Positions 9,108-17,192 of a stretch of 43,743 bases of DNA are shown one piece after another. How positions within the stretch are numbered: the stretch's first letter is position 1; every line of letters begins with the position of its first letter. Below the pieces are notes generated by a model that saw only the letters and a program-made list of their open reading frames with translations, was not told where the DNA came from and searched no databases. Source of the DNA: Gemmatimonadales bacterium (GTDB lineage Bacteria; Gemmatimonadota; Gemmatimonadetes; Gemmatimonadales; GWC2-71-9); the NCBI GenBank assembly GCA_030601605.1, contig JAUVTI010000002.1, positions 1 through 43,743 of the forward strand, in the 5' to 3' direction. The position numbers and the translations under genes are program-made.

Positions 9108-10223
9108 TCAGCGCACGATCTTGGTTTCCGGCCTGAATACCGCCCACGCGAACCAGAAGTGGTTTCCGTACGCGATCGGATCCAGCTCGGTGCCTTCCAG
9201 CTCTCCCCGCACCGCCCTGCCCAGGATGTTCCAGGTCGATCCGGTCTGCTCGTCACGGAACAAGCCGTCGCCGGCGGGCTCGAACGTCAGCGTGCGGGAT
9301 CCCACCCGACGGCTGAACACACCGCTCGCTCCCACGTCCCTGCCTTCGGCGATGCGGCGGCTGTCCACGGAGCTCGCCATTCCGGGAGCCCAGAGCACGA
9401 CCAGTGGGATGTCGTCCACCTCGTCGTTCACCGCGCGCTTCTCCTCCAGCGAGGCGAACGGATAAGCGCGAGTGTCCTCACCCAGGGTCAGCGCCACGAC
9501 GCGCTCCATGGGGGGCAAGCGTCTGTCGGGCTCTCCGCTGAAGAAGCGTGCCCAGGGCGACCCGCCGAGGTCGTCGTAGCGCTGGTAGGGGTTCTCGCCG
9601 TAGGGGCGGCTGTGTCCCGTCTCCCGGGAAAGCACCACTCCGTCCGGATATGCCTGCTTGAACGTCTCCCAGCTCACGAGCGGAGCGCTGATGAAGACGA
9701 GCTGCTCGCCGGCGTACAGTCCCACGATCCCCTCTCCGGTCGCCTGCTGCCACCACGTCTCCGTCTGACGGTCGTACATCACGAGGTCGGAATGCCTTAG
9801 GCGGCCGGTGGTGCCGAAGTCGAGCACCTGGCCGTCGAAGCGCCGGTCGAAGGCGAGCGCCGTATTGCACAACGGACAGTAGGTGACCGAGACCGGCACG
9901 TCTCCCACTGCGTCGTTCACGATCTCGTGCCAGATGAGGATCTGCAGGGGGTAGGCCTTGGCCTCGTCGCCGATTGCGATCACCACGACCGGTTCGCGAT
10001 CCTCCAGCCAGCGATCCGCCTCGCGTATGGATATGAACCTCGGCTCGTCGATTGCGGGAATGCCGTCCTTGGGCGGCCCGCCCGAGACGATCTCCTCGAG
10101 CGGCACGGTGTGGCGAGAGAAGTCGGTGTCCCAGCCGTCGCCGAATTGGGCGCGGGCGGTGGCGGTCAGGGACAGGCCAACCAGCAGCAATACGATGAGC
10201 GGTCGGGAGGTCGCAACAGGCAT
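9108..10223 (-). CDS. DUF3179-family secreted protein (paralogue 2, CPLC motif)
   Basis: ATG at 10223 gives MPVATSRPLIVLLLVGLSLTATARAQ, a signal peptide. Motifs DGIPAIDEP, AYPLQILIWHEIVND, TYCPLCNT, GTTGRLRHSDLVMYDRQTETWWQQ, FWFAWAVFRP. Its stop abuts the TlpA-like gene's stop (TGATCA at 9105-9110). Confidence 0.7.
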   Translation of the reverse strand: MPVATSRPLIVLLLVGLSLTATARAQFGDGWDTDFSRHTVPLEEIVSGGPPKDGIPAIDEPRFISIREADRWLEDREPVVVIAIGDEAKAYPLQILIWHEIVNDAVGDVPVSVTYCPLCNTALAFDRRFDGQVLDFGTTGRLRHSDLVMYDRQTETWWQQATGEGIVGLYAGEQLVFISAPLVSWETFKQAYPDGVVLSRETGHSRPYGENPYQRYDDLGGSPWARFFSGEPDRRLPPMERVVALTLGEDTRAYPFASLEEKRAVNDEVDDIPLVVLWAPGMASSVDSRRIAEGRDVGASGVFSRRVGSRTLTFEPAGDGLFRDEQTGSTWNILGRAVRGELEGTELDPIAYGNHFWFAWAVFRPETKIVR

Positions 10224-10316
10224 GAACCGGCGTCCGTGAGGTGGGGAGAGAGAGGTGTGGAGAGTCGCTACGGTCAGATGGGTAACGGCCGGCAGGAGCC
10301 GGATGTTCCGCAATGG

Positions 10317-12119
10317 CTAGTCCCTGGGATCCACCACACTGATCAGCGTCATTCCCACCTTGGCAGTGGGCGGGCTCACCACGGTGTACACCAGTACGTC
10401 ACCGGAATCGCGGATCACGAATAGCGGAATCGCGGTCTCGCCGTAGAGTGCGACGAACGCATCGAAGTCGAACTCCGCGGTGAGCTTGTTGGCCTTGATC
10501 ACGGCGCCGGAGGCGAATCGCTGACTCAGGTAGTCATGCGTCGCATCCGACCTGAACAGGAAACGGCCGCGCAGGTGCTTCGGGATCTCACTCTGCTTCT
10601 GTTCCGGATCGGCGCCTCTCGGCGGCAACTGATACAGGTGTGACCGGTCGAAGATGTCGGCGAAGTGCAGTGTGCTGAGCGAGTTCACTTCGTCGTTCGG
10701 TGTGAGCGCCAGGAGGCGGCCGATCCCGTCGAGCTCGAGTTCCAGCTGCTCGAGGGCCCGGTCGGTTAGTACGTTCGCGTAGTGTGCCTTGAGGCCCGCG
10801 CGGCGCGCAGCCGCCACGTTGCCCCAGTTGGAGTCGGCCAGGAGCACCTGCACTCCCTGCTGATCCAGCGTCTTGGCCAGCTCCCGCGCCCAGGGCGCCG
10901 CCCCGATGAGGAGCATCCCCTGCGGGTTGGGTGTGGCGACGCCCAGCCAGCGCGCCAGCAGGGGAGTGAGTATGCCGTACACCGCGACGGTGCCTACGAT
11001 GACCATGAACATCAGCGGAACGAGGCGCGCCGCACCCGTGTTGCCGAGCTCGGTCAGCTTGATCGCGAAGATCGATATGACCGCCGCCGCGACGATTCCA
11101 CGCGGCGCGATGAAACCGAGGAATACGCGCTCGCGCCAGTCGAACTCCGAGCCCCAGGTGGAGAGTGCGACGGCAGCAGGGCGCACCACGAGGATCAGTG
11201 CGGCGAGGAAGGCTATGCTCGCGGGGTTGGTGTAGTCCGGATGGTGCAGCGGCAGGCTGGCCGACAGAATGATGAATAGAGCCGAGATCAACAGGACGCG
11301 GAGATTCTCCTTGAACTCCACGATGTGGCGCACGGGCACGTAGTTCTGGCTCGCCAGCGCGGCGCCCATCACGGTGACGGCGAGCAGGCCGGACTCGGGC
11401 CGGACCCAGTTGGATGCGGTGAACACGACCATCACCAGGGCCAGCGCAACGGGGCTCTGCAGGTAATCGGGAATCCAGTACCGCTTGAGCAGCAGCACGA
11501 CGACCCCGGCCCCGGCGAGTCCCAGCAGTCCACCGGTTACTGCGGCCTCGAGGATCCCCAGCCCGGCCGCCGCAGCGCCCTGCTCGAGTCCGCCGACGAC
11601 TATTATCGCCTCGAACACGAGCACGCCGAGGATCGCTCCGATGGGGTCGTTCACTATCCCTTCCCACTTGACCGCCGAGCCCACGCGCGCGTTGGGTCGG
11701 ATGTGCCGCAGCAGTGGGATGATCACGGTGGGACCGGTCACCACGAGAATCGCGCCGAACAGGATGGCGATCTCCAGCTCGAGGCCGGGCAGCAGGTAGG
11801 CAAACGCTGTCGCCAGCACCCAGGTAACCGGCACCCCGATCAGCATCAGGTTCCGGAACACGCGGCCGATGTCGGAGAGCTCGGAGATGTCGAGGCTCAA
11901 CCCGCCCTCGAACAGAATCACCGCTACCGAGAGGGAGACGATCGGGAACAGCATGTTGCCGAACAGGGCCTCGGGGTTCAGGAACCCGAACACCGGCCCT
12001 GCCATGAATCCCACCACCAGCAGGAGCAGGATCGCCGGCAGCCGCAGGCGCCACGCCAGCCACTGGGCGCCGATACCCAGGACTATGATGCTCGCCAGCC
12101 CGATCAGGAGATCGTCCAC
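10317..12119 (-). CDS. Cation:proton antiporter (CPA1/NhaP-like) with a C-terminal RCK/TrkA-like cytoplasmic domain
   Basis: About 12 hydrophobic helices (for example LIGLASIIVLGIGAQWLAW, GFIAPRGIVAAAVISIF), followed by a soluble roughly 200-aa tail (MLLIGAAPWARELAKTLDQQGVQVLLADSN). GTG start at 12119 is preceded by GGAGGAG. Confidence 0.8.
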   Translation of the reverse strand: MDDLLIGLASIIVLGIGAQWLAWRLRLPAILLLLVVGFMAGPVFGFLNPEALFGNMLFPIVSLSVAVILFEGGLSLDISELSDIGRVFRNLMLIGVPVTWVLATAFAYLLPGLELEIAILFGAILVVTGPTVIIPLLRHIRPNARVGSAVKWEGIVNDPIGAILGVLVFEAIIVVGGLEQGAAAAGLGILEAAVTGGLLGLAGAGVVVLLLKRYWIPDYLQSPVALALVMVVFTASNWVRPESGLLAVTVMGAALASQNYVPVRHIVEFKENLRVLLISALFIILSASLPLHHPDYTNPASIAFLAALILVVRPAAVALSTWGSEFDWRERVFLGFIAPRGIVAAAVISIFAIKLTELGNTGAARLVPLMFMVIVGTVAVYGILTPLLARWLGVATPNPQGMLLIGAAPWARELAKTLDQQGVQVLLADSNWGNVAAARRAGLKAHYANVLTDRALEQLELELDGIGRLLALTPNDEVNSLSTLHFADIFDRSHLYQLPPRGADPEQKQSEIPKHLRGRFLFRSDATHDYLSQRFASGAVIKANKLTAEFDFDAFVALYGETAIPLFVIRDSGDVLVYTVVSPPTAKVGMTLISVVDPRD

Positions 12120-12177
12120 CGCTCCTCCGCAATGGTCATCGGGGTCGGCCGCACCCGGTACTTGCCGGTGGGGTTCG

Positions 12178-13710
12178 CTACGGCCGCTGTTGCAGCAGGG
12201 ATCCGCCGCCGACCGAGGCGAACCCGAGGCCGCACATGATCGCCGAGCCGGTGGGAGAGGCTGCGTTCGACAGAACGGCGGCCACGGAGGCGGCCAGGAC
12301 CGCTACACCGATGGCGCACTCCAGCAGTGCGCTCCTCGCGGTGACGAGCCGGTAGGCCGTCGAGCGCCACGACGCATCGGGCACGCTTCCCAGGCGGTAC
12401 TTGGGCGTGCGCCGGAACGGGGTGGGCCTTCGCGCGAGACCGCGCGCCACGGCCGCGGTCTGGCCCAGCGCGATCCCTGCTCCCAAGACCATGATGATGG
12501 GCACGAGTACCAGCCTGCGCCACCAACCCGCCCCGCCCCCCGCCCGGGCTGCGACTCCGTAGAGCACGGCGAGCGCCAGCCCGGCAAAGGCGAGCAGCGC
12601 GCCATCCGCCGCCAGCACCCAGCTCTTGTGGAGCGGCTCCATCAGCCATCCGGCGCCGAGGCTCGTGAGCGCGAGCGCCACGAACACGGGATAGGTGAAG
12701 TGACCCGTGAGGTGCCAAAAGGCCTCGCGCTTGGTACGACCCGGGATACCCGACCGAGCGATCGAGGGCAGCAGCTTCACCGCGGTCCGCACTCCGCCCT
12801 GCGCCCACCGTTGCTGCTGCATGCGGTACGCGGCGACCTCCACCGGCAGCTCCGCGGGCACCGCGACGTCGTCCCGGTACACGAACCGCCATCCGGCGAG
12901 CTGCGCACGATACGAGAGGTCGAGATCCTCGGTGAGCGTGTCGGCCGACCACCCGCCGCCGGCCTCGATGGCCTCGCGGCGCCACACTCCCGCGGTGCCG
13001 TTGAAGTTGAGGAAGCATCCCGTGGCGGCTCGGGCACCGTGCTCCCCGGTGAAGTGGGCGTCTAGCTGCAGGGCCTGCACCCTGGTGAGCAGCGATGTCG
13101 CCCCATTGAGGTGTCCCCAGCGCGCCTGCACGAGCCCCACCGACGGGTCGCCGAACTCTCCCACGACCCGGAGCAGAAAGTCCGGCTGTGGAACGAAGTC
13201 GGCGTCGAAGATGGCTATCAACTCGCCGCTCGCCCGGCGGAGGCCTTCTGCGAGAGCCCCGGCCTTGTAGCCGGTACGGTGCGCGCGCCGGATGTGCACC
13301 GCGTGGACTCCGCGCGTGGATAGCAGCTGGACCACTCGGGCGACGACCTCACAGGTCTCGTCCGTGGAGTCATCCAGGACCTGGATCTCGAGCCGGTCCG
13401 GCGGATAGTCGAGCTCGCCCGCAGCCAACACGGCTCGCTCGGCTACGTAGCGCTCGTTGTAGAGCGGGATCTGGACCGTGACCGACGGCAACCGGCTCCG
13501 CGCCGGGATCTCTCCGGCAGGGCGACGACGTACGTGCCTCAGGTAGCGGAGCGCCAGATGCAGGCGGTGCAGTCCGTATGCCGCCAGCATGAGCGACGCA
13601 CCGAAGTGCGCGGCCAGCAGCAGGACACCCGGGTTCGCCAACGTCAGAATGCTGGTGGCGCCGGCATCTCTCCGCCCCGCGCGGAGACTATTCCGTCGCA
13701 CCTCGCGCAC
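12178..13710 (-). CDS. Family 2 glycosyltransferase, processive cellulose-synthase-like (CslA/beta-mannan synthase-like) with C-terminal TM helices
   Basis: Motifs VTVQIPLYNE, VLDDSTDET, IAIFDADF, TEDLDLS and the QxxRW motif (QQQRWAQG), plus multiple C-terminal TM helices. The start is uncertain. The GTG at 13710 overlaps the upstream thioesterase by 67 nt. The in-frame TTG at 13641 would remove that overlap. Confidence 0.8.
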   Translation of the reverse strand: MREVRRNSLRAGRRDAGATSILTLANPGVLLLAAHFGASLMLAAYGLHRLHLALRYLRHVRRRPAGEIPARSRLPSVTVQIPLYNERYVAERAVLAAGELDYPPDRLEIQVLDDSTDETCEVVARVVQLLSTRGVHAVHIRRAHRTGYKAGALAEGLRRASGELIAIFDADFVPQPDFLLRVVGEFGDPSVGLVQARWGHLNGATSLLTRVQALQLDAHFTGEHGARAATGCFLNFNGTAGVWRREAIEAGGGWSADTLTEDLDLSYRAQLAGWRFVYRDDVAVPAELPVEVAAYRMQQQRWAQGGVRTAVKLLPSIARSGIPGRTKREAFWHLTGHFTYPVFVALALTSLGAGWLMEPLHKSWVLAADGALLAFAGLALAVLYGVAARAGGGAGWWRRLVLVPIIMVLGAGIALGQTAAVARGLARRPTPFRRTPKYRLGSVPDASWRSTAYRLVTARSALLECAIGVAVLAASVAAVLSNAASPTGSAIMCGLGFASVGGGSLLQQRP

Positions 13711-14111
13711 ACGGACCCGCGCTCGTCCTCGAGCTGTGCGGTCGCGAAGATCATGGTCTTCCCCGACCGCACGACCCGGCCTTCGACTTGGAAGCGGTCA
13801 CCGACTACGGGACGTATGTACTGCATCGAGAGCTGTGCCACGCCCACGCGACCGCCCCCGGTGTGGACGTAGCCGGAGAACCCGATCACGAGATCGAAGA
13901 CCCCAGCGATCACGGCACCGTTCACGGCGTCGGTCCCCATTCCGCCCCGGTGGAACCCGCGGACCGGGTCCACGAGCGCCCGTACCACTCCGGGCGTAGA
14001 GAAATCGAGCCGCACTCCCATGTGCCGCATCCCGGGGTGGGCATTCCACTCATCCTGGAACTTTGCGAGCTGACCCTCGGTCAGCTTGGGGAGGTCCGCA
14101 GTCGGGTCCAT
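13644..14111 (-). CDS. PaaI/hotdog-fold thioesterase family protein
   Basis: ATG at 14111 gives MDPTADLPKLTEGQLAKFQDEWNAHPGMRHMGVRLDF...HRGGMGTDAVNGAVIAGVFDLVIG...GKTMIFATAQLEDERGSVCARC, the layout of a PaaI-type hotdog thioesterase. The upstream part of the 313-aa track ORF is Arg/Gly-rich shadow. Confidence 0.65.
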   Translation of the reverse strand: MDPTADLPKLTEGQLAKFQDEWNAHPGMRHMGVRLDFSTPGVVRALVDPVRGFHRGGMGTDAVNGAVIAGVFDLVIGFSGYVHTGGGRVGVAQLSMQYIRPVVGDRFQVEGRVVRSGKTMIFATAQLEDERGSVCARCDGIVSARGGEMPAPPAF

Positions 14112-14128
14112 TGTCGCTCCAGCCGATC

Positions 14129-14917
14129 TCAGGTCCTTGCCAACGAGCTGCCGCCGTCCACCACGATTATGGCGCCGGTGACCCACGCGCCCGCGGGGCT
14201 CGCCAGGTACACCACGAGATTTCCGATGTCGTCCACGCCGCCCCACCGGCCCAGCGGGATGAGGCGCCGCATCTTCTCGTCGATGGCGGCCGTGCCGGCG
14301 TCCCCCATCGCAAAGGCCTTGGTCGCGCCCTCGGTGGGGATCGGTCCGGGCGCGATCGCGTTCACCGTGATGTTGTCCGGGGCCCACTCGACGGCCAGCG
14401 TCTTGGTGAGCGCGTCGATCCCGGCCTTGGCCGCCGTGGCGTGTGCCATCTGGGGCCAGCCGCGGTAGTGCAGTGTCATCGAGATCGAGATGATGCGGCC
14501 GCCCTCCTGCCCGGACATCACCGGGTAGGCCGCCTGCGAGCAGAAGAACGTCCCGTACAGATCCGTCTCCACTACTGCGCGCCACCCGTTTTGTGAGAGA
14601 TCAGCGGAAGGCGCGTAGAAGTTCCCGGCGGCGTTGTTCACCAGCACGTCCATCCGCCCGAACTCCTCCACTGTGCGCTCGACCATGGCGCGCACCGACT
14701 CGGGGTTGCGCACGTTCACCTTCACGGCGAGCGCGCGGGCGCCCTGCTCCTCGAGCCGGCCGACCGCGGATTCGAGGCGCTTGGGCTTGCGGCCCGCGAT
14801 GGCGACCCGGGCCCCATAACGAGCCAACTCGCCCGCGATTCCGAATCCGATGCCGCTGCCGCCGCCGGTGATGAGAGCGACTTGGCCCTCGAGCAGTCCG
14901 TCACGAAAGATCGTCAT
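14129..14917 (-). CDS. Short-chain dehydrogenase/reductase, 2,4-dienoyl-CoA reductase (DECR/PECR)-like
   Basis: ATG at 14917 gives MTIFRDGLLEGQVALITGGGSGIGFGIA. Also NNAAGNF, AAKAGIDALTKTLAVEW, VNAIAPGPI. Track ORF 14129..15961 carries a long implausible extension that overlaps the divergent ALDH gene. Confidence 0.8.
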   Translation of the reverse strand: MTIFRDGLLEGQVALITGGGSGIGFGIAGELARYGARVAIAGRKPKRLESAVGRLEEQGARALAVKVNVRNPESVRAMVERTVEEFGRMDVLVNNAAGNFYAPSADLSQNGWRAVVETDLYGTFFCSQAAYPVMSGQEGGRIISISMTLHYRGWPQMAHATAAKAGIDALTKTLAVEWAPDNITVNAIAPGPIPTEGATKAFAMGDAGTAAIDEKMRRLIPLGRWGGVDDIGNLVVYLASPAGAWVTGAIIVVDGGSSLART

Positions 14918-15019
14918 GGCTATGAACCTGTGCTCGATGCAGCCGGGGCGCAAAGCGCAGGCGTATATTGGACGGGGGCAGGCGTGTGAGGCGTACGTGC
15001 GGCGGAGGAGGAGGCGACG

Positions 15020-16387
15020 ATGGCGATCGAATCGACCAATCCGACGACGGGTGAGAAAATCGCGAGCTACGAGGAGACCTCGCCGGAGGAATTGAGGGCC
15101 ATCCTCGAGCGGGCGGATGAGGCGTTCAGGGAGTGGCGGCGGGTGAGTTTCGAGGACCGCGCGTCCCTGATGCGCCGCGCCGCGGCGGTGCTGAGAGAGC
15201 GGTCCAAGCGCTACGCCATTCTCATGGCTGAGGAGATGGGGAAGCCGCTCCCACAGGGCCGGGCGGAGGTCGAGAAATGCGCCTGGGTGTGCGAATACTA
15301 CGCCGAGAACGCGAACGCCTTCCTCGCCCCCGAGGAGATCCCCACCGACGCCTCGAGGAGCTTCGTCGCCTTCCAGCCGCTTGGCGTGGTGCTCGCGGTC
15401 ATGCCCTGGAACTTCCCGCTGTGGCAGGTCTTCCGGTTTGCCGCGCCTGGATTGATGGCGGGCAACGCGGGGCTGCTCAAGCACTCTTCCAACGTGATGG
15501 GGTGCGCTCTGGCGATCGAGTCGGTGTTTCACGACGCGGGCTTCCCCGAGGATCTCTTCCGCACGCTTGTCATCGGCTCGTCTCGCGTGGGCGAGGTGAT
15601 CTCGGCCCCCCAGGTCAGGGCCGTTACGCTGACCGGGAGCGGCCCGGCCGGGCAGGCGGTGGCCGCCGCGGCGGGGGCGGCGCTCAAGAAGACCGTGCTG
15701 GAACTCGGCGGCAGCGATCCCTATGTGATACTGGAGGACGCCGATCTGGACGCGGCGGCCGATACCTGTGTGGCCTCGCGCCTCATCAACAGCGGCCAGA
15801 GCTGCATCGCGGCCAAGCGTTTCATCGTTGTCGAGCCGGTGCGCCGGGAGTTCGAGGCGTTGTACGTCGAGAAGATGCGGGCCAGGACGATGGGCGATCC
15901 GATGGTGGAGGGGGTAGACGTGGGGCCGCAAGCCCGCTGGGATCTGCGAGACGAGCTGCACCAGCAGGTGGTACGCTCGATCGAGCGGGGTGCGCGGCTG
16001 CTGCTCGGTGGAGAGGTACAGGCCGGGCCGGGAGCCTTCTACCCTCCCACCGTGCTCGCCGACGTGGAGCCGGGCATGCCGGCGTACGACGAGGAGATGT
16101 TCGGCCCGGTCGCGGCGATCATTGCGGCCGAGGACGAGGCGGACGCGGTCCGCATTGCGAACGACAGCGCGTTCGGGTTGGGCGCGGCGGTGTTCACGCG
16201 GGACGCGGCTCGAGGTGAGCGCATCGCGGCCGAGGAGCTCGAGGCGGGGGCCTGCTTCGTGAACTCGTTCGTGAAGTCCGACCCGAGGCTGCCGTTCGGC
16301 GGCATCAAGGACTCGGGCTACGGCCGGGAGCTGGCGGCGTTCGGGATCCGGGAGTTCGTGAACATCAAGACCGTGTGGGTCGCCTGA
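15020..16387 (+). CDS. NAD(P)+-dependent aldehyde dehydrogenase (succinate-semialdehyde dehydrogenase-like)
   Basis: ATG preceded by GGAGGAGGAGG. Motifs VMPWNFPLWQV, catalytic Glu in VLELGGSDP, catalytic Cys in GQSCIAAKR, and C-terminal PFGGIKDSGYGRE. Confidence 0.85.
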   Translation: MAIESTNPTTGEKIASYEETSPEELRAILERADEAFREWRRVSFEDRASLMRRAAAVLRERSKRYAILMAEEMGKPLPQGRAEVEKCAWVCEYYAENANAFLAPEEIPTDASRSFVAFQPLGVVLAVMPWNFPLWQVFRFAAPGLMAGNAGLLKHSSNVMGCALAIESVFHDAGFPEDLFRTLVIGSSRVGEVISAPQVRAVTLTGSGPAGQAVAAAAGAALKKTVLELGGSDPYVILEDADLDAAADTCVASRLINSGQSCIAAKRFIVVEPVRREFEALYVEKMRARTMGDPMVEGVDVGPQARWDLRDELHQQVVRSIERGARLLLGGEVQAGPGAFYPPTVLADVEPGMPAYDEEMFGPVAAIIAAEDEADAVRIANDSAFGLGAAVFTRDAARGERIAAEELEAGACFVNSFVKSDPRLPFGGIKDSGYGRELAAFGIREFVNIKTVWVA

Positions 16388-16390
16388 CCC

Positions 16391-17104
16391 CTACGGGTTC
16401 GTCGGTCGGATATCGAGCTCCGATACCAGGGCCCTGTCCGGCAGCTCCAGCGCCGCGACGACCGTAGCGGCCACGTCCTCCGGCTGCAGCTTGCGCTCCG
16501 GGTTCTCGATCGCCGCGCCCGACTTGTCGAAGAAGGGCGTCACGACCGATCCGGGGCAGATCGCCACCACCCGGATGCCGCGCTCGCGCACTTCCCCAAA
16601 CAAGGACTTGGAGAACCCCAGTACGGCGTGCTTCGACGCCGCGTAGGCGGCTCCGCCGGGGACGGGATTCCGCCCGGCGAGGCTGGCGATGTTGATGATG
16701 TGCCCGCTGCCACGCTCCAGCATTCCGGGCAGGAATACCCTCGTCATCAGGAAGATCCCGCGGACGTTGACGGCCATCGTCTCGTCGAACTGTTCGACGC
16801 TCATCTCTGCCACCGGTACGAAGTGGGCCAGGCCGGCGTTGTTGACGAGCACGTCCACCGGTCCCATGCGCTCCCCGACCATGGCTGCGAACGCGGCCAC
16901 GCCGGCCTCGTCGGCCACGTCACAAGGACCGCCCACGGCTGCTATGCCGCGCTCCTCGAGCTCGCCGAACAGCGTCTCCAACCGCGCCGGAGTGCGGGCG
17001 CATACTGCGAGTTGGGCGCCCCTCGCCCCCAGCTCGAAGGCTATGGCGCGGCCGATGCCCTCGGTCGCGCCGGTCACGATGCAGTTGGCGTTCCTGATTT
17101 CCAT
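16391..17104 (-). CDS. Classical short-chain dehydrogenase/reductase
   Basis: ATG at 17104 gives MEIRNANCIVTGATEGIGRAIA. Also NNAG, the catalytic YAASKHAV motif, and VVAICPGSV. Confidence 0.8.
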   Translation of the reverse strand: MEIRNANCIVTGATEGIGRAIAFELGARGAQLAVCARTPARLETLFGELEERGIAAVGGPCDVADEAGVAAFAAMVGERMGPVDVLVNNAGLAHFVPVAEMSVEQFDETMAVNVRGIFLMTRVFLPGMLERGSGHIINIASLAGRNPVPGGAAYAASKHAVLGFSKSLFGEVRERGIRVVAICPGSVVTPFFDKSGAAIENPERKLQPEDVAATVVAALELPDRALVSELDIRPTNP

Positions 17105-17192
17105 GGGTCCCAAGGTACCGGATTTCGCCTGGGCTTGCGGCCTCCTGGGCCCTGGGTCATGTTCCGAATCCTCACAAGAAGGAGGTGGCGCC

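Noticed and set aside
10588-13065. ORFs 10588..12132 (-), 11325..12239 (+), 11869..13065 (+) and 12104..13018 (-)
   Set aside because: They overlap the antiporter and GT2 genes, whose frames give coherent TM helices and catalytic motifs. The alternatives are Arg/Pro/Gly-rich shadows.
14918-15961. N-terminal extension of the SDR ORF (track ORF 14129..15961, 610 aa)
   Set aside because: The extension is antisense to a bona fide aldehyde dehydrogenase and has no SDR-related sequence. The canonical TGGGSGIG Rossmann motif sits right after the internal ATG at 14917.
16689-17192. N-terminal 168 aa of track ORF 16689..19289, and the extension of 16391..17338
   Set aside because: EF-G homology begins at the GTG at 17193, which has a strong AAGGAGGTG ribosome-binding site. 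The upstream part is antisense to the SDR gene. Likewise, the SDR starts at 17104 (MEIRN...TGATEGIG).
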